64,000 bases of DNA, from assembly GCA_963662335.2 (NCBI GenBank), contig CAXXVD010000001.1:384001-448000 (forward strand). The letters run 5' to 3'. The DNA is from Chloroflexota bacterium. Its GTDB lineage: Bacteria > Chloroflexota > UBA11872 > VXOZ01. Below, in pieces: positions 60,085-64,000 of this stretch. Numbering within the stretch: the stretch's first letter is position 1; the number at the start of each line of letters is the position of its first letter. Made by a program: the position numbers and the translations under genes. Below the pieces are notes generated by a model. The model was not told where the DNA came from and searched no databases. It saw only the letters and a list, made by a program, of their open reading frames with translations.

Positions 60085-60361
60085 CTCTAGCGCGCTCTAC
60101 AATTAGTCACCAATTGCCGCCGCAATCGTGAATTCATTGCCCCCAGGGGCGCGCATGCAATGAGTGATCATTTACCCAAACACCCACTTTAAATACACAA
60201 CACTTTTGGACGGATGCGCCTTGCGTCTCTTCCGCTTGGATGCGCGCGAACCCTCTGCTTGCGGACGCGGTGTTACAATGGCGCAAAAGAAGACGCCGGC
60301 CAGGGCCTGCCCACAGTGGGGCCTGGGTAATGCCACCAGGAAAGGGTGAGAGAGCACTGAG

Positions 60362-61351
60362 ATGAACGCTGCCGCCAACGAATCCACGTATCAGGGAGCG
60401 GAAGAAGAGATACTTGCGCACGCGTTTTCTGATCCAATCATCGAGAACGAGATGGTGTATCCCGCCCTCACTACGCTCGATTGCATCTACACCGCGAACG
60501 CAACGCTGAACATGCCGGTCGAGCACTTCTTCAGCGCGTACGAGAACCTGCAACTGGAAGCGGCCGAGTCGTTGACGCTGGACGGCGGGGCTACCCACCT
60601 GCTGCACGTCACCTACACGCTGGGCGGCGCCGAGTACCACGCCCACGCCTACGCGCCCGCAGCGCCCGATACGGGCAAGCCGGCGTCGCTGATCATTCCG
60701 GGCAGCGGCCTGAACTGCTCGGAACCGATCTACCGCAGAGACCCGCAGAGCTATCACGACGGCGTCCTGGACGCGCTCGGCGACGGCATCGCGAACTACG
60801 TCTTCATCAAGCCCAACGAGGACTGCCTGGCCTTCCACAACGGCCAGGGCAAGGTGGACGTCAACTTCTTCGTGAATTGGCACCTGAATAACGCCGCGTC
60901 CTACTCGGCCGCGTACATCGTGAACGCGCTGGCCATCACGAAGTGGCTGCAAGAGCGGCACGACGCCGTGGTGGTGGCCGGCCTCTCCCAGGGCGGCGGC
61001 GCGGCGCTGCTCACGTCCTTGCAGGCGCGGCCCACGGCGGCGGTGATTGCCTCCGGTTTTTCGGTCATCATGGAGCGCATCCACTGGTCGGGCCACAACC
61101 AGATCATCATCCCCGGCATCGCCCAGGCCTACAGCAACGAGAACGTGCGGCAGAAGATCTTGGCTTCGCCAACGCAGTTCCTCTTCACCTACGGCCGGCA
61201 GGAGACGGTAATCTACGGCGTCGAGGCGCACGAGCACTATAGCTGCGACTTCCTGAACGCATGCCCCAACGTGCGCTGTGAATCCCACGACGAGGGCCAC
61301 GTCTTCCACGTGGGGCTGACGAGCGACTTCCTGCGCAGTCACGGCCTATAG
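60362..61351 (+). CDS. putative alpha/beta hydrolase
   Basis: IIPGSG, nucleophile elbow GLSQGG, C-terminal GHVF. Confidence 0.6.
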   Translation: MNAAANESTYQGAEEEILAHAFSDPIIENEMVYPALTTLDCIYTANATLNMPVEHFFSAYENLQLEAAESLTLDGGATHLLHVTYTLGGAEYHAHAYAPAAPDTGKPASLIIPGSGLNCSEPIYRRDPQSYHDGVLDALGDGIANYVFIKPNEDCLAFHNGQGKVDVNFFVNWHLNNAASYSAAYIVNALAITKWLQERHDAVVVAGLSQGGGAALLTSLQARPTAAVIASGFSVIMERIHWSGHNQIIIPGIAQAYSNENVRQKILASPTQFLFTYGRQETVIYGVEAHEHYSCDFLNACPNVRCESHDEGHVFHVGLTSDFLRSHGL

Positions 61352-61412
61352 CGTTGGTTGACGCAAGTCGAGAGCGGTGACGGGCGTGCATTCTTGACCC
61401 GCACAAGCAGTG

Positions 61413-62303
61413 CTAGGCAAACGTCTCTAACGCCACGAACACGAAGAACACCGCGGAGAGGGAGCTATTCACATGGAAGAAGGCGGTGTTGACGCGGGAG
61501 AGGTCGCGGGGGGTGACGAGCAGGTGTTCCCAGACGAGCAGGGCGGCGGTGGCGGCGACGCCGAGCCAGTAGAAGAGGCCGAGGTTCAGCAGCAGTCCCA
61601 CCGCCGCCAGGCAGAGCGCGGTGGCGGTGTGGGATATGGCGGAGAAGATGAGGGCGCGGGGGATGCCAAAGCGGGCGGGCATGGAATAGAGGCCCTCTTT
61701 CAGGTCGATTTCGTAGTCTTGGCAGGCGTAGATCATGTCGAAGCCGGCCATCCAGGCCACCACCGCCGCGCCCAGCAGCACCGTGCTCCAGGCGAATTCG
61801 CCGGTGACGGCAATCCAGCCGCCCATGGGGGCCATGGAGCCGGAGACGCCCAGCGCGAAGTGGCTGAGCCAGGTGAAGCGCTTGGTGTAGGAGTAGAACA
61901 CGAGCCAGAAGATCGCCACCGGCGAGAGCAGCGCGCAAAGCCAGTTGAGCATGGCCGCCGCCAGCACCATGAGCGCCAGATTGAAGATGCTCGCGCCCCA
62001 CATGAAGCGCGGCGTGAGAATCCCTTGCGGCAGGGCGCGGATTGCCGTGCGGGGATTGCGGCTGTCCAGGTGGCGGTCGATGATGCGGTTGAGCGACATG
62101 GCGGCGGTGCGGCTGAAGTAATCGGCGGTCATGGCGACCGTGACCCAGATGAATTGCCACCAGGTGGGCAGTCCCTCCGCCGCCAGCAGCATGGCGAGAT
62201 AGGCGAACGGCAGCGTAAACGCCGCGTGCTCGATCTTGATCGCTTCCATGAAGACCGGCACTTTGCGGATGACGGAGCCTATGGAAGCGGTCACTGCGCT
62301 CAT
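61413..62303 (-). CDS. ubiA: UbiA-family polyprenyltransferase (MqnP-like)
   Basis: IKIEH..F.LPFAY, NRIIDR.LD.RNPRT..R.LP, YSYTKRFT, FD.IYACQD. Confidence 0.9.
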   Translation of the reverse strand: MSAVTASIGSVIRKVPVFMEAIKIEHAAFTLPFAYLAMLLAAEGLPTWWQFIWVTVAMTADYFSRTAAMSLNRIIDRHLDSRNPRTAIRALPQGILTPRFMWGASIFNLALMVLAAAMLNWLCALLSPVAIFWLVFYSYTKRFTWLSHFALGVSGSMAPMGGWIAVTGEFAWSTVLLGAAVVAWMAGFDMIYACQDYEIDLKEGLYSMPARFGIPRALIFSAISHTATALCLAAVGLLLNLGLFYWLGVAATAALLVWEHLLVTPRDLSRVNTAFFHVNSSLSAVFFVFVALETFA

Positions 62304-62329
62304 GTCGCTTTTCTCACCTATCTAAAGAG

Positions 62330-62920
62330 CTATTGCACGTTAAGCATCTCCGCCAGCAGTGTTTCCATCGTTTCCAGCGGCAGCGGGCCGATGAACTTGG
62401 CGGCGATCGTGCCGTCCGGCGCAATGAAGAATGTCTCGGGTATGCCGGAGACGCCGTACTCGATGGCGATCTTGCCGTTGGGGTCGGGCCCGCTGAGGTA
62501 GGTTTGGCCGTAGGCCTTGCGAAATTCGGTAGCGGCATCCTCGGAATCCCACAGGTTTATGCCCAGGATGACCACGCCCCGGTCGCGATAGCGCACGTGA
62601 GTTTCTTCCAACGCCGGCGCTTCGGCGCGGCACGGGGCGCACCAGGAAGCCCAGAAGTTGACGACCACCGCCTGGCCGCGCAAGTCGCTCAAGCGCACCA
62701 CGCGCCCGTCGCTCAGGGTCAGGCTGAAGTCCGGCGCGGGCCGGTTGTCCTGGCGAATGAGCGTCGGCTCCAGGTTGACGCCGGGCTCGAAGCCGCCTAG
62801 TTGCCCGCTCTGTGTCATTACGTAGTAGAGCAGCGCCAGCAGGCCCGCAACCATCGCCGCGAAAAGCGGAATGAGAATGTACCGCAGGGGAATCGTGCGC
62901 GGCGGGGCAGTCGCGCTCAC
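62330..62920 (-). CDS. TlpA/ResA-like membrane-anchored thiol-disulfide oxidoreductase
   Basis: N-terminal TM, APDF, NFWASWCAPC..E.P, YGV.GIPETFFI. Confidence 0.93.
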   Translation of the reverse strand: MSATAPPRTIPLRYILIPLFAAMVAGLLALLYYVMTQSGQLGGFEPGVNLEPTLIRQDNRPAPDFSLTLSDGRVVRLSDLRGQAVVVNFWASWCAPCRAEAPALEETHVRYRDRGVVILGINLWDSEDAATEFRKAYGQTYLSGPDPNGKIAIEYGVSGIPETFFIAPDGTIAAKFIGPLPLETMETLLAEMLNVQ

Positions 62921-63720
62921 TGCACGCTCTCCCAGACGCGCTCGACCAGATAGGCGAGGTCGTCGCCGCGAAAGACGGCGGTGCGCCCGTCGACCCGCTC
63001 CTGCCGCCGCGAACTGAAGGCGGTACGGTCCCAGACTTCGGTCTGCGTGACGGTGACCTGAATCTCGAACGGCGGCTCCAGCGCCAAGGGCTTGGGCAAG
63101 GACTCGACGGCGAGCGCGGCGTGCACGGCATTGCCAAGCTCCTCACGGACGACAGCGGGGATGCGCAGCTTGGCGGCCTGGTAGCCAAAGCCCCACTTGG
63201 TTGTGCACGTTTGCACGCCCGGCAGCAGCGCCTCGGCCTCGGCGCAGGCGTGATTGTCGCCGCTCACCAGCGCCACCGGCACGTGGATTGCGCCGCAGAG
63301 GGCGGCGTGGACGCCTATGGTCCCGAGGTCTAGTCCGTTGACTAGCAGTTGTAAAACATCCGGGGCGAGGGTTTGGCAGAGCACCGCGCCCCACGTCCCG
63401 GCCTGGGCCGGGTGCCCCAGCAAGACGGCGGCGTCGGCATCGGCAAGCGCGGGAAACCGCACCTGCTGCTGCTCGCCAAAGACGTACGTTGCGCCGGGGT
63501 GCAGCAGGTCTTCGTGATACGGCACGAACCCGGTGGCGTCGTGCACGGTGATTTCCTGCGCGCCTGCCGCTTGCGCGCCGTCAACCGCCGCCGACACTTC
63601 ACGCGCCATCAGCGCGCGGGCCTCCGCGTAGAGATAGGGGGCTTCGCTTGCCGGGTCTATTTGATTGCGATGCACGACGCCGGCCGTGCCGGCGAAGAGG
63701 GAGATGATGACGACGTTCAC
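62917..63720 (-). CDS. M55 (DppA) D-aminopeptidase homologue, apparently lacking metal ligands
   Basis: Scaffold matches M55 (AR.LM..EV.AAVDGA..AGA.EI.V.D, VPVALVSGD..AC.EA..LLP) but ligand positions are substituted. Confidence 0.8.
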   Translation of the reverse strand: MNVVIISLFAGTAGVVHRNQIDPASEAPYLYAEARALMAREVSAAVDGAQAAGAQEITVHDATGFVPYHEDLLHPGATYVFGEQQQVRFPALADADAAVLLGHPAQAGTWGAVLCQTLAPDVLQLLVNGLDLGTIGVHAALCGAIHVPVALVSGDNHACAEAEALLPGVQTCTTKWGFGYQAAKLRIPAVVREELGNAVHAALAVESLPKPLALEPPFEIQVTVTQTEVWDRTAFSSRRQERVDGRTAVFRGDDLAYLVERVWESVQ

Positions 63721-63804
63721 GTGGGTATGACCCTTGGCTTCTCTGGGCTACTGAATTACCGGGCTACATGACTATACGAAGAGTGGGCAGGCAACGTGCC
63801 GACG

Positions 63805-63885
63805 GTCATTCCCGCGCACGCGGGAATCCATCTTCGCCTCGCGCCCAGCCAAGAGGGGATGGATTCCCGCGTGCGCGGGAATGAC
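63805..63885. repeat. inverted REP doublet (GTCATTCCCGCG family)
   Basis: gtcattcccgcgcacgcgggaatccatc ... gatggattcccgcgtgcgcgggaatgac. Confidence 0.85.
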
Positions 63886-64000
63886 GGATTCCGGTGCGCT
63901 CACTTTCATAGGACACTTTGGGCAGTCGGCAAGCTGTTCGCAAATGCGCTCACGCCACTCTTGGCGTCCCTACATCGTCGGCCCGATGCGGTGCGGCGCG

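Overview
GC-rich bacterial window; gene content and style suggest Chloroflexota, possibly host-associated (inference only). The flanks are mostly housekeeping: an ABC-2 exporter, iscS, a ribD-ribE-ribBA-ribH cluster, an M50/CBS protease, an MFS transporter, alpha-carbonic anhydrase, clpX/clpP/trxB, CocE, ctaA, copA plus a YHS protein, and UbiA/TlpA, with many REP-like palindromes. The standout is a ~23 kb co-directional array (22449-45422) built from three gene types. Type A is an Fn3-repeat protein with a variable C-terminal metzincin-like Zn protease whose third His ligand appears displaced by a 13-53 aa variable segment; there is one full-length secreted copy, two headless cassettes and two ~25-codon 3' remnants. 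Type B is a variable WD40-like/PD40 beta-propeller lipoprotein, four of five carrying plant-type LRRs, and one follows every A end. Type C is a lipoprotein with an unassigned domain plus 10 conserved LRRs. Shared homology blocks, a mosaic cassette and scars point to recombinational shuffling, as in polymorphic effector/immunity loci but with different parts. Other notable items are an M55 peptidase homologue that appears to have lost all metal ligands, an in-frame REP array inside a gene, a MITE-like element and two small ORFs missed by the ORF track. All family assignments are from motif recognition; no searches were run. No rRNA, tRNA, CRISPR array, transposase or reverse transcriptase was seen.
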